Shown one piece after another: positions 25,204-35,634 of a DNA stretch of 64,000 nucleotides. The stretch lies in IMG/VR virus record IMGVR_UViG_3300025132_000026, positions 11,116 to 75,115 of that record; one strand, written 5' to 3'. This DNA is from a virus. Each line of letters opens with the position of its first letter. Positions within the stretch are counted from its first letter, which is position 1. The translations under genes and the position numbers were made by a program. The notes under the pieces were generated by a model. That model saw only the letters and a program-made list of their open reading frames with translations, was not told the origin of the DNA and ran no database searches.

Positions 25204-26384
25204 ATATTAAGCTCCTTTAAGTCTAAATAATTTTTGCCGCATCTTAAGTTTACCATATATTGCGCCAATTTGTTGCTGGAGAAAATAGATTTTATTTCTG
25301 CTAAGATTTCTCGCTCGTCATCTGCCAGATCTATTACAATCTCATCATGGACAATATGAGATATAAAAGACTTCTTATCTTTTAAGAATTTATCAATTAC
25401 GGTTGCCCGTTCGAGAACCAAATCAGAAGTTGTGCTTTGAATCAAATAATTTAAGGCCCTTCTTTGTTCTACTTTGATTTTTCTATTGAACGGCGTTGTA
25501 ATATATTCCCCATCGTACCATTTTGCTAAAGCCTTCTCTTTGCTGTATAGTTCCGTGGATATTGCATCGGATGCTGGATCGTATAACCACGCAAAAAATC
25601 TGGTCTTGCATTCGTCGCGGGTTATTTCTTGCTCAAAGAGATTAAGAGCGTTCCAATCATGAATATCTATATCTGGTTGTTCCTCGCCGGTGAGAGACAA
25701 CAGAGTTCTAACTTCTGCCCCATTATAATCAAATGAAACAAACCACTCATTATGAGGTTTGATAATTTTTCTAAACTCCTTTTTCAAAGTCAAAATCGGA
25801 AAGGAATCTGGCATTGTTGTTAAGCGGCCGGTAATAGTGCCGAATAGGTTATAATCAATGTAGGTATCATCCGACAAAAGATTGCTCATTGTTTTTCGAT
25901 GTGTAGACGTTAAAAACAAATTCTTGCAGTCTGATACATTTGTTTTCAATTTTTGGGATTTTATCTTCTGTAATAGAGAGTGAACATTTATGAGGTGTTC
26001 GTAGTTATCAGGCTTAGGATATTTTTCGAATACATGTGCTGATATCTCGTTTTTGGTCTCGCAGTATTTTTTTAAAAAATCTTGTGGCACCATATCAAAA
26101 AAACAATGTTCCCTCAAATTTATTTTTGCCAATTCAAAAGCTTTTAAGTACGCTCTGAGTTTTCTCGTCGACGAGTCTAATTTTTCCAATAAATTTTGGG
26201 GTGATGCATCTTGCAAAGACTTACCGCCAGAATATATCCAAGCTGATTGTACTTCTTTATCCGTGTCTATCGTAGTTATTTTCCACGTGTGCGTCAAATC
26301 ATCGGGCAAGTCCTCGAAAAATAGTTTTCCATCAGCATACACACCTATACACTCGGTTTTGTCATCTAAGGTTTGAAAAAGCAA
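25200..26384 (-). CDS. truncated family A DNA polymerase-like protein
   Basis: TITGRL; motif A FDYNGAEVR; motif B RDECKTRFFAWLY; LNYLIQST; motif C VHDEIV. Confidence 0.8.
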   Translation of the reverse strand: MLFQTLDDKTECIGVYADGKLFFEDLPDDLTHTWKITTIDTDKEVQSAWIYSGGKSLQDASPQNLLEKLDSSTRKLRAYLKAFELAKINLREHCFFDMVPQDFLKKYCETKNEISAHVFEKYPKPDNYEHLINVHSLLQKIKSQKLKTNVSDCKNLFLTSTHRKTMSNLLSDDTYIDYNLFGTITGRLTTMPDSFPILTLKKEFRKIIKPHNEWFVSFDYNGAEVRTLLSLTGEEQPDIDIHDWNALNLFEQEITRDECKTRFFAWLYDPASDAISTELYSKEKALAKWYDGEYITTPFNRKIKVEQRRALNYLIQSTTSDLVLERATVIDKFLKDKKSFISHIVHDEIVIDLADDEREILAEIKSIFSSNKLAQYMVNLRCGKNYLDLKELNI

Positions 26385-26396
26385 GGTATCTCCAAA

Positions 26397-27713
26397 TTAA
26401 GACAGATCTATCTCTTCGTCGGGGGCAAGAATGCCGCGGCCAGCACCAGGTGAGCCAAACCGGCCAATTGAGGCGCCGTGTGACGCATTGCCGGTCGGAT
26501 CCGGTCCAATTTTTTTAGTGTTTTCTTCATCCGCAAGCATTATCTTGGTATTATAATCCAATGAACCGTTATAGTCAAACGTTTTGTTAATAATTTTTTC
26601 AAAATACGACAAAGCAGCTGCTGGGCCTTGAGTATTGTATGCTTCTTTTGCCTCACTTGAAATAACAGCTATTTCACTTTCCGATAGTTTAGCCTCCTCT
26701 TCCATCATTCTGATTTTCATATAAATCTCAAATAAAAATTGATCCGGAAATTCTTTTGCAAATTTTTGTGGACTATAGGCTACGCTTTTTCTGAATTTTG
26801 TTACTATTCTGCCGTCGCACTCTTCAAGTTCTTGATAAACATCTCTTCTAATTCTATTATACATTCTTGGAAGCTCTCTTAGGAGAAAATCAAAATATCT
26901 TGCATGAACAGAGATAAAGCGATTATTTAAAATCTGGTCTTCGGAGCGGAGGCCATACCTTTTTGAATAAACCTGCATTGGTGCTCCGGCAATGTCAGCA
27001 ACTAGTCTCCAGGGCCTATGCATATCAACCATAAAACCATAATTATTGCAAGCATTTACATAGAAATTCCAATTGTTGCTATTGATAAACTCGTTCATTT
27101 TTTCTTCGTCATTCGCATAGTCAGCAGTTGCTATCTCTATTGTAAGACCATTGGTATACACCGGGCAAAATCTAGATTTTATGAACGCAGTCTTTGTGAA
27201 CGGAAATTCTCTTACCAAAACTTCTAACATTCCCATAAAATGAGTCAAAAATTCCTGAAAATTTCTCACCATCAAATTTCTTTTTTTAAATTGTAGCTCA
27301 ATGCGGCCTAAATAAGTTTTTAAATAATCTTTGTAAGCCTTGCTGTGAGAAACGTAGGCCTTGTGAACTTCTAAATTAGACAGAAAGGGATCGGTGTCAT
27401 CTATTAGTCCGCTAGCGGCGCATTTTCTAAAATTAGCAGCCATAGCTTCAAAGGCGTCAACAACAAAATCTATTGCGCTCATTGGCCTTTCGGGGGCGTT
27501 AGTTGTATTAAATCTTTTGAGAATATTAGTGCTGCTAATATGTATCGGAACGTAAACCCGGCTTACTCTGCCATAAAGATATTTTTCTGCAAAATTAAAG
27601 TCGACCAGGTTTGTGTGATCCTGATTTCGATACAAATTGCCTCGATATATAACTCTTTTTTGGAAAAGATCTTTCGTTGATTCATCATTCCCCTCTGCGA
27701 AAAGAAAAGACAT
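26397..27713 (-). CDS. hypothetical protein
   Basis: 438-aa ORF with AGGAG RBS. Confidence 0.75.
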   Translation of the reverse strand: MSFLFAEGNDESTKDLFQKRVIYRGNLYRNQDHTNLVDFNFAEKYLYGRVSRVYVPIHISSTNILKRFNTTNAPERPMSAIDFVVDAFEAMAANFRKCAASGLIDDTDPFLSNLEVHKAYVSHSKAYKDYLKTYLGRIELQFKKRNLMVRNFQEFLTHFMGMLEVLVREFPFTKTAFIKSRFCPVYTNGLTIEIATADYANDEEKMNEFINSNNWNFYVNACNNYGFMVDMHRPWRLVADIAGAPMQVYSKRYGLRSEDQILNNRFISVHARYFDFLLRELPRMYNRIRRDVYQELEECDGRIVTKFRKSVAYSPQKFAKEFPDQFLFEIYMKIRMMEEEAKLSESEIAVISSEAKEAYNTQGPAAALSYFEKIINKTFDYNGSLDYNTKIMLADEENTKKIGPDPTGNASHGASIGRFGSPGAGRGILAPDEEIDLS

Positions 27714-27736
27714 GTTTTAGGATCTCCTTGTTTTAA

Positions 27737-30700
27737 TTAGGGGCTTTCTCCAGAATCTTCTGTTGGAGGTGCACCAACATTATCCGTCGCATCGCCCATA
27801 GCATTACTGATGGCGCCCATTATTTTGTCAAGCAAGCCTCCACCGGATGCAGCGGACTTTCTTCCTCCGTGTCTTGCCTTGCATTTTTTAGCTTTTTCTG
27901 TGCCACCTTGCTGGTTGTCGCCGCCTTTTTGTCGACATTCTTCTTCATAATCAATTTGTGCCACCCACTTGGCGTGTATCGTAGATTCGGCGCGGCCGGT
28001 TCCAAAACTGTGTTCTGATTTCCAAATCATATGATAGCCTCCGATTCCATATTTTGTTAAATCTGATATAGAATCATCCAGAACTGTCATATCTGGAGCA
28101 AAGCCTCTCGGATCTAGAAAAATATATGTGCCTGGGAATGTGTGCACATTGGCGTAGGTTTTAATTTTTATATTATAGACTTCTCTTAACTGTTCCAGAT
28201 CGTCATAGCCCTCTTGCATAAATCTGGTTTCTTTGAGGCCCGGCGTGTTGGTCCGCTCCAGATCTACGGTTTTAACTATTCCGTGTGGTTTACCTAAAAT
28301 ATAATGAAATATGCCTCTTTGCTCATCAAATTGTCTTTCACCTTTCATAAGTTCCGTTGGCTGTGTGCGGCCGGCGAAATAAATCAAAAAATTTGTTTCT
28401 TTTTCTACTCCACCATCTTTAATTGGTGTCCTGCTGACACCAGAGGTGTTGAGTATTGGTTGCTTATTTGCTTCTACTATGTTTATTGGCAATCTTGATA
28501 GTCTTTTTTCGCCCTTTGGATCCAATTCGTTCGATATGCTTCTTATAAGTGCTGTGAATTCGTCTAGCTCGCCATCCTTGTAAGAAGTAACGGAAGCCTG
28601 ATTTAATCGGGTTCTCTGGCGACTTTCTGTTGAAAAACAGTCATCATTGTTTAGAAATTCTCTGAGTAAGTTGTTAAATAAGTCGTTTAAAAATTTGGGA
28701 AGAGGGTATACGACTTGATCTCTTTTAAGTGTTTGGCCAGTTAACCAGGACATGAAATACTTTAAGGATATTGGGACATCCCCAAAATTAACAAATGTGC
28801 TCGCCTGATCTGGCCTAATAATCTCCAATGGGCCCATTAATACTCTGAATTTTTTAAACTGCTGGTGGAAGGCTTTATACTTGTCGACCTCTCTTTGCAC
28901 ATCGGAACCACTTACATTTTTGTCAGCCGCAAGTCTAGCTAGTCTTTTTGGGAGTCTTTCTAAGTTTCTTTCTATTGACGCCAATATAACATCGATCAAA
29001 TCACTTACATAGAAATATGCGATATTTTGGCTTTTTATGTTCGCCAAAGCGGTATCAACCTCTAGTTTTATTTCTTTCACAGACGCGTCTTTTGTTTTCT
29101 TTGGATCAAGCGCAGAGCCCAACGCATCATCAAGTTTTTTACTCAGGTTTTTTGTGTTTCCAGCATCTTCGTGAATTTTAAGCTTTTTGCCTTCTTTAAA
29201 ATATGGGCCCGCTTTTTTAAAAGACGCTATGTCATTTTCATTCATCGTTATATAATAAATGCGGCCGGTTGCCATCATTGTTGTTATAAAAGTTGATAGG
29301 GATTCCTTTTTTTCTCTCTCAATCGTCCCATCTCCAAGTAACTTCTTTTTATCGGCGGCTATTCTCTCTGCTCCGCAGTCGTCTTCATCTGTCCAGTAAT
29401 TATATTTTAATTTTCTATGGATTTGTTGCTCTGTAATTTTCGTGTTTGTGAAAACATTGAAATTTGGTTGATCAAAAAAGTCTTCAACGTAAGCTAAATA
29501 TTTGATCGTAAAATTTACTCTACCTTGTTGATCAAAATTAAATTCGTGGGTAGTCGGTGTTAAATTCAGCGTTATAAACGAATCGTTTAGAGCATCAAAA
29601 ACCGCTGAACCTATTGTGGTCCTGTCACCGGGCATAGCCCACCCCACAAGCGCTTTTAGTCTAAAATTCAGCTTTCTCAAATTTGCATCGATTTCATCAT
29701 CAGATGGACATTTTGGGTTTGCCTTATTTACACTGTCTTCTCCGTCTGCGGTTGCGGCTGCTTTTATTTTTTTGCCGCCGGTCTTCATTGCAAGATCCAC
29801 ATACTTGAAGCCCCTATGGTCCTCCAAAAGCTCTTGAAAGCTATTCGCGAATATAGTCAATTCTGCCGAAATACTCTTTTTGGCCGCAAACGGGTTGTTT
29901 CCGTCATAAGTAAATTTAAAATCTTTTATTCCGACCCCGAAGCCTCTACGTTTCTTTTCTTTAAAGATGTTTTCAACATCTCGGCCCGAAGCATAAGAAT
30001 CAAAAAATATTCTTTGCTGTTCCTCGGTTCCATTTTTGTTTCTGATAATCTTATATAATTTTATCATCGGCTGGAGGTTTGATATCTCGTCCGTTTTCAT
30101 GTTAAAAAACGCGCTTTGATTTGGATGTTGGGTTAGCCTGTTCAAGAAGCCATAGGGATCACCATCAGCCATCAAGCAGGCATTAACATTTCCAAACCCA
30201 GAGGTACCTACGTCATATGGCAAACCTTTAGGGTTCTTTTTTTCTATTACAAGCTTTTTGTAATCGGATAATTCGTCTATTTTCGCCAACAAAAAGCACT
30301 GATGCCTGAAAACATACCTTTCTGCGTAATCACCCTTCAATTGAGATGGGAAAAGCTTGTCGAAGGCTTTTGCCGCAGCATCTGCCTCGGCATATTTGTT
30401 CTTAAGCTCTTCATCGCTCATGAGGCCCATTTTGTTTAGCCAATAATCTCCAGTTCGTTCCATCATACCGCCAAGATCAGTATGTTGAATAGCTGCCGTG
30501 CACGCGTCTCTGGCCAATTGGAATTCTTTTACTAATTCGACTATTTGGGTTGACAAACCGAGAGGGCTATTGGGATCCGCAACAGTCGCGCCATCGGATA
30601 TCTCATCTTTTAAAAAATTTTGCCAGATTGCTGAATTTTCTTTACACCAAGCTACTACTTCGGAGTCTCTTACTTGGCCAGGTTTACCGCCAGATAATGT

Positions 30701-31177
30701 ACGCATTTGATTTAGATAAACTAAGGCTTTTGGAGGTAATTTTAGAAAGTCTTGCTCCTGATCTGGTCCAGCATTCTCGTATACGAGGTCTATTTGTTCA
30801 ATAAATGCCTTACTTTGGCTGGCCATAAGCATCGACATCCAGTCGGATAAGAGATAATCCATCTCTTGCATTTTAGCTTCAACGTTGCCTTTTCCATCAC
30901 CATCGCTTTTTTCTTCTGCAAGCTTGCCAAATTGTTCATCTAGCTTTCTAACTGCATCGTTGTAGTTGTTTGTTATTTTATATTTAACTTGGGGCCCACG
31001 AACACGGGAATCGCCTTCAATTTCAGCATTATACTTAGCTATTTTTTCATCTAGTTTCCTTAGTGAATCTTTTAATGGGTCAATTAGCGCTTTTACTTTT
31101 GGATAAATTTCCTCTGCTAATAACTCAACCTCTTCAACACAAACATGTTCTTTCCCGGTGCTTACATCTTTTGACAT
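27737..31177 (-). CDS. large putative baseplate hub protein
   Basis: 1146 aa, downstream of the LysM wedge gene; C-terminal PGTYIFLDP...GIGGYHMI..SEHSF resembles gp27-like hubs. Confidence 0.55.
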   Translation of the reverse strand: MSKDVSTGKEHVCVEEVELLAEEIYPKVKALIDPLKDSLRKLDEKIAKYNAEIEGDSRVRGPQVKYKITNNYNDAVRKLDEQFGKLAEEKSDGDGKGNVEAKMQEMDYLLSDWMSMLMASQSKAFIEQIDLVYENAGPDQEQDFLKLPPKALVYLNQMRTLSGGKPGQVRDSEVVAWCKENSAIWQNFLKDEISDGATVADPNSPLGLSTQIVELVKEFQLARDACTAAIQHTDLGGMMERTGDYWLNKMGLMSDEELKNKYAEADAAAKAFDKLFPSQLKGDYAERYVFRHQCFLLAKIDELSDYKKLVIEKKNPKGLPYDVGTSGFGNVNACLMADGDPYGFLNRLTQHPNQSAFFNMKTDEISNLQPMIKLYKIIRNKNGTEEQQRIFFDSYASGRDVENIFKEKKRRGFGVGIKDFKFTYDGNNPFAAKKSISAELTIFANSFQELLEDHRGFKYVDLAMKTGGKKIKAAATADGEDSVNKANPKCPSDDEIDANLRKLNFRLKALVGWAMPGDRTTIGSAVFDALNDSFITLNLTPTTHEFNFDQQGRVNFTIKYLAYVEDFFDQPNFNVFTNTKITEQQIHRKLKYNYWTDEDDCGAERIAADKKKLLGDGTIEREKKESLSTFITTMMATGRIYYITMNENDIASFKKAGPYFKEGKKLKIHEDAGNTKNLSKKLDDALGSALDPKKTKDASVKEIKLEVDTALANIKSQNIAYFYVSDLIDVILASIERNLERLPKRLARLAADKNVSGSDVQREVDKYKAFHQQFKKFRVLMGPLEIIRPDQASTFVNFGDVPISLKYFMSWLTGQTLKRDQVVYPLPKFLNDLFNNLLREFLNNDDCFSTESRQRTRLNQASVTSYKDGELDEFTALIRSISNELDPKGEKRLSRLPINIVEANKQPILNTSGVSRTPIKDGGVEKETNFLIYFAGRTQPTELMKGERQFDEQRGIFHYILGKPHGIVKTVDLERTNTPGLKETRFMQEGYDDLEQLREVYNIKIKTYANVHTFPGTYIFLDPRGFAPDMTVLDDSISDLTKYGIGGYHMIWKSEHSFGTGRAESTIHAKWVAQIDYEEECRQKGGDNQQGGTEKAKKCKARHGGRKSAASGGGLLDKIMGAISNAMGDATDNVGAPPTEDSGESP

Positions 31178-31515
31178 TAATATGCTCCTAATACATTCAG
31201 CGCATTTTCAATATTTACTGGTATTTGTATTATGTCTCCCGGCTTCATATGAGCCTCTGTGGGGGCTGCATTCCATTGCGCAATCACCCACCAATACCTA
31301 ACGTCTCCGTAAAATTTGTGTGCCAAATTATAATACCGATCTCCGAGTGTCCAAATGTGAGAAGTTGTCACTATTGAAGCACGGTCGGCGATTCCGGGGG
31401 TATATACCACGGGCGTTTCATAGTGCCTTATTGTTTTAAGTTTTCTTTTCTTGCGTAAGCTTTCATAATACTCACTAGAATTATTCAATATTCTTTTTTT
31501 ACTATATCTTGGCAT
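31177..31515 (-). CDS. LysM-like baseplate wedge protein (gp53/tail X-like)
   Basis: GDRYYNLAHKFYGD..YWWVIA..N...KPGDIIQIP. Confidence 0.85.
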   Translation of the reverse strand: MPRYSKKRILNNSSEYYESLRKKRKLKTIRHYETPVVYTPGIADRASIVTTSHIWTLGDRYYNLAHKFYGDVRYWWVIAQWNAAPTEAHMKPGDIIQIPVNIENALNVLGAY

Positions 31516-31517
31516 TT

Positions 31518-32657
31518 TTAACCTTTATCCTCCCCGGTTGCGATTCCCTCAAGGTATCTTCTTTCGGCTTCAGTGTACTTGCTTTTCCCCGTGCCTTTTC
31601 CAGCATGTTTTGCATCATATTCATTTGCGTTTTGCAGTTTATTTCTTGCTTTTTGGGCACTAGGGGCCCCAGTAAAGATGTTTCTAAATTTCGACTGGGC
31701 CGCTTCATATTCTGCTTGTGCTTTTGCGGCATCTCTCTTATCTTGTTCAACCTTTTCAATTATCTGATCAAAGCTCATTCCAGGATTTTCTTGAGTTGCT
31801 TTCTTGAAAGGATCCTGCATTGCAACACCATACGGGAAAAATTCGTTTGAAAAGTTGCTTTCTTCGTCCCATCCGAGTGCGTGCTCATGAATTACATCAT
31901 AATCAAAGCTAATATTTATCAATTTTGGAAGTATTGTATTCGAAGCTTTGATATACGCACCTTTGCTATCTATGTTATGTTCTATGGTTAGATTTTTTAA
32001 AATGCCCAACAGACCTTGCGATGATGCAGCATCGGATGCATATCCTTGGAAAAGCTCAAAAGGCTTCTTCTCTAGGTCTATATCTCCGTTCTGTGCTTTT
32101 TGCGCTAGGTTCATTACTTTTAGTCTAAGAAGCGGTGATTGTGATATCGTTTGAGCTTCTAAGTCGGGCTGACCCGTCACGGGATTTGTTAATTTAGTAT
32201 AATTTGGATATAAAAACTGCGCTAGTTTTTGCACTTTTCCTAGATTCTCATATGCTTCTTGTTGTGTGGCTGATGGGATTGCAATTCTAAGTGAAAATGA
32301 GCGTGTTGTGTTTTCATAAATGTAAACAGGATCTGCGCGGCCATACAAATGCTCTGATTTCCAATTTGGATTAAAGTTTTCTACAAAGTTTTCAATAAAT
32401 GCTTTGAAAAATATTGATCTACCGCTTGGAACGTGCTGAAGGGATACAAAAGTTTTTCGAAGGTTTGCAAACGCATCAGATCCGTCGAAATACCGGAGCA
32501 TTTTCTGCCCATCGGATCCCGGGGCTGCAAATGGATCATCTAATTTTTCTCCAACCTCAACAGCGCCGTCTTCGGTGTATTTTGTAGTATCAAAAGTACC
32601 GTTAAAATAATCATGCAGTGTACTAGCATCATTTTTATTGGTTTTGTCTCCAGCCAT
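31518..32657 (-). CDS. baseplate / tail-tube initiator protein
   Basis: FKAFI..F.ENF.PNW....YGRADP...YENTTR; LYPNY; PLLRL; directly after the tape measure gene. Confidence 0.7.
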   Translation of the reverse strand: MAGDKTNKNDASTLHDYFNGTFDTTKYTEDGAVEVGEKLDDPFAAPGSDGQKMLRYFDGSDAFANLRKTFVSLQHVPSGRSIFFKAFIENFVENFNPNWKSEHLYGRADPVYIYENTTRSFSLRIAIPSATQQEAYENLGKVQKLAQFLYPNYTKLTNPVTGQPDLEAQTISQSPLLRLKVMNLAQKAQNGDIDLEKKPFELFQGYASDAASSQGLLGILKNLTIEHNIDSKGAYIKASNTILPKLINISFDYDVIHEHALGWDEESNFSNEFFPYGVAMQDPFKKATQENPGMSFDQIIEKVEQDKRDAAKAQAEYEAAQSKFRNIFTGAPSAQKARNKLQNANEYDAKHAGKGTGKSKYTEAERRYLEGIATGEDKG

Positions 32658-32661
32658 TTGA

Positions 32662-35322
32662 TTATCCTCCTCCTATTCCCATTATTGCATTTTTGGCTTT
32701 TCCTGCTAGCAACTGAACTGTGCTTGAGCCAACGGTGCTTCCGTCCATCTCTACGTTTATTGTTACATTATACGGGCGCTCATTTGCTTGTTGCGCTGGT
32801 GCTGCAGCCGTTGTGGCGCCTCCAGACGCCATTGTAGCTGACGTTCCGGCAGTTGCGGCTGCCGCAGCAGCAGCAGGCGCTGTAGCCCTTACTGTGGGTG
32901 CCTCAATCTGCACTTTATCCATAACGGCTGTCCAAGCAATCACTTTGACAAGCGGAACCTTATCCATTGCTGCTTGTATCTTCTCAAACTCTTTCGTAAA
33001 ATTTTCTAAAGCTGTCGTATCGATTGTTCCGGTTGATTTGAACATCGCGGTCATTGCGTTTGCTGCGCCCTCAATTGCCGCACCTACCACATAAAATGCC
33101 GTGGCCAGACTCAAGACGCCTGCGGCAAGCAAACCTATTCCTATCGCACCAACCTTACCAGACGCGGCAAGCGCTACAACTGCTCCAGCTAAAGCTATTG
33201 CTCCGCCGGCTAATGCGTATAACATGCTAGCTGGGGCCCTATCCCAGTGGTTCACCAGTGTACCGAATGCGTCTGCTGCCATTTGGGCACCATAGCCCAT
33301 CGCTAGCAGGGCGGCGCCAAACGCTAGTACGGCGAGGACAGCCACTCCGCCAGTTTTAACAGCCAACACTGTAAGTGTGACAAACAGACCCAGTACAGTC
33401 GCTCCCATGATGGCCAGTGTTGTATTTAAGTCTTTTGTTTGGGGGCCTAATTTAATAAGCGAATCGGCAATATTATCTATAGCCATAGATGCAAGATAAA
33501 ACGCACCGCCAAGAGCTACCGCAGCCAAAGCAAAACCAGCAAAGCTAACGCTGTTTTTCTTTACAATAACTCCCATTACCGTCATCGCAGCCATCAATGC
33601 CGTAGCTGCCCCAACGAACTTCCACATACCATCAATAAAGTTAGACGCATATTGCTTTTCGTATAGAATGTAAGCAACTAGGCCCAAGGCTGCAGCAAAG
33701 GCCAAAAATTTAAGATTGGTGACCGCTTGTACTACATTGAATGCCATCATTAATCCCTTATATGCCATAAGAGACTGTAAAATCGGAGTAATGACTTTTT
33801 GGTTTTCTTGTAATAGTTCTACAAAGCTCCTAAGACCGTCAATTAAAGGCGTTAGCACAGGGGTAGCAGCAGCTATCAATCCATTGAATTGCTCCTGAAG
33901 AGACTGCACAGCTTGTGCCTGTTTCGCCATAGCTTCATAGTCGTCACTTGTTTTATTTAGGTTACTGCTCATTTCCTCGGTGTTGCCGGACATAACTTGC
34001 GCAAGTTCCGCGACTGAACTAAGACCAAGCGACTCAGCATACATTTTTCTTTGGTAATACGACATGTTATCGAATTCTAAACCAGCGTCTGAAAGCGCAT
34101 CGCGAATCATTCCAAATCGTGCGGCAGGATCCGTTTCCATCATCATATCCATAGCATTGACAAAGTTTCCACCCAACATTGCATTCAGTCTTCCTGACAT
34201 CTCCGCGGCTTTGTCGAATGTATCAAATTGATCAGTAATCTTCAGCAATTTTTCAACTTCCATACCTGTGACCTTGGCTGCGATTGCCAAGTCTTTAAAT
34301 GCTCGGGGGCCGTTGGTACCAAGTTTCGCTAATTCTCCGCCAACCTTGCCATAATCTGCCACCATCTTCTCTGGTGCAACTCCAATATCTTTTGCCATGG
34401 CGACCATTGAGCGAGCAGTGTCAGCTGACTGTTCTGCGTTTTGACCCATTGCTTTTGTGGTCAGCTGTATAGCAGCCGCATAGCTCTTGTTGCTTACTCC
34501 GAGTTTTTCAAGTAAAATTCCAGTTTCACCAACAGATTCTCGCTGATCCTTAGAGAGCATTGTGAAATCAGTAAATGTCGCTCTGAGTTCCGTGTATGCA
34601 CTATTGACTTCGGCTGCGGTTGTTCCTAATTGTCTTGTTGCTTCGTATGAGTTTGTTAGCGAACGTGCAAACTCTTCGTTTGCACCCGTTGTTTTCATAA
34701 AAGCGTTTTCCATATCATAAAGCATAAATGGCATTTTTATGAAATTATTAATCATTGCCGCACCAACACCAAGCGCTGCTTTGTGGAGGGCGCCGAATGG
34801 ATCACGTGCAGCTTCTATTGTCTTGGTAAGCGTAGCAATAGAGGGTGCGAACTTAGACTCTATGACATTGAATGTATTATTTATATGGTCTTTATGTGTG
34901 GACAGTAAATCCGATCTTTTTTGAGCTTGTTTGTTGCTTTTCTTTTGTTCTTTGATCTGCTTTTTAAGAAGCTCTACCTCTTTCTCAAGTTTTTTGACAT
35001 CATCTTTGCCGAGATTTTTTTTCTTGAAAAGATCTTCGTTTTGCTTTTCTATCTGCTGGCTTTGATTTTTTAGTAATTCAGTTTTTTGTTTATTGAATAA
35101 GTTGTCGCCTTTTGCAGCGCGATTTCTTTTTTCGTAGGCTCCGACCATTTTTGTGACCGCTTCTTCTTCTTGCTTAAGCTGATCTAAATTAGTAGGATCA
35201 CCGGCGGCGCCAGTGCCACCACCATCTCCAGAATCGGCGCCACCCTCCATTTGTTCTCTGAGTTTGACAATTTCTTCTGTTAATTGTTGTAATTCCGCTT
35301 TAAGCTCGTCGCTGGTCGCCAT
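32662..35322 (-). CDS. tape measure protein
   Basis: 886 aa; helical Ala-rich with hydrophobic segments; position after the chaperone genes. Confidence 0.85.
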   Translation of the reverse strand: MATSDELKAELQQLTEEIVKLREQMEGGADSGDGGGTGAAGDPTNLDQLKQEEEAVTKMVGAYEKRNRAAKGDNLFNKQKTELLKNQSQQIEKQNEDLFKKKNLGKDDVKKLEKEVELLKKQIKEQKKSNKQAQKRSDLLSTHKDHINNTFNVIESKFAPSIATLTKTIEAARDPFGALHKAALGVGAAMINNFIKMPFMLYDMENAFMKTTGANEEFARSLTNSYEATRQLGTTAAEVNSAYTELRATFTDFTMLSKDQRESVGETGILLEKLGVSNKSYAAAIQLTTKAMGQNAEQSADTARSMVAMAKDIGVAPEKMVADYGKVGGELAKLGTNGPRAFKDLAIAAKVTGMEVEKLLKITDQFDTFDKAAEMSGRLNAMLGGNFVNAMDMMMETDPAARFGMIRDALSDAGLEFDNMSYYQRKMYAESLGLSSVAELAQVMSGNTEEMSSNLNKTSDDYEAMAKQAQAVQSLQEQFNGLIAAATPVLTPLIDGLRSFVELLQENQKVITPILQSLMAYKGLMMAFNVVQAVTNLKFLAFAAALGLVAYILYEKQYASNFIDGMWKFVGAATALMAAMTVMGVIVKKNSVSFAGFALAAVALGGAFYLASMAIDNIADSLIKLGPQTKDLNTTLAIMGATVLGLFVTLTVLAVKTGGVAVLAVLAFGAALLAMGYGAQMAADAFGTLVNHWDRAPASMLYALAGGAIALAGAVVALAASGKVGAIGIGLLAAGVLSLATAFYVVGAAIEGAANAMTAMFKSTGTIDTTALENFTKEFEKIQAAMDKVPLVKVIAWTAVMDKVQIEAPTVRATAPAAAAAAATAGTSATMASGGATTAAAPAQQANERPYNVTINVEMDGSTVGSSTVQLLAGKAKNAIMGIGGG

Positions 35323-35361
35323 GCATAAAGTTCCTTAATCGCTAATGTAATTAGTTTAGTC

Positions 35362-35386
35362 AAAAAAAAGACGGGTTATCCCCGTC
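35362..35386 (-). terminator. intrinsic terminator
   Basis: GACGGG-GATAA-CCCGTC followed by T8 on the minus strand. Confidence 0.75.
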
Positions 35387-35393
35387 CTTATCC

Positions 35394-35630
35394 TTAGCCT
35401 AATCCAGTGGGCATCGCCGGCTGGTTATGTGCGCTCAAAGTTTGAGTCCTGCTTCCACCTCTGCCGTTGCCTTTGCTAGCCTTCTCTATTGCTTCTTTTT
35501 CATCTTCTAGTTGCTTAACTAAACGCTTTACAAACCAGTTTCTGAGCCCAACAGGAAGATTGTATGCTTCTGAAAATGACCATCCGCCAGAATATTTTAA
35601 AAAGAAAAACTGTTCATATATGTTTTCCAT
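35394..35630 (-). CDS. tail assembly chaperone C-terminal ORF (probably reached by frameshift)
   Basis: WSFSEAYNLP...RNWF; the reading frame stays open upstream through a T7 run in the preceding gene. Confidence 0.7.
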   Translation of the reverse strand: MENIYEQFFFLKYSGGWSFSEAYNLPVGLRNWFVKRLVKQLEDEKEAIEKASKGNGRGGSRTQTLSAHNQPAMPTGLG

Positions 35631-35634
35631 ATAC

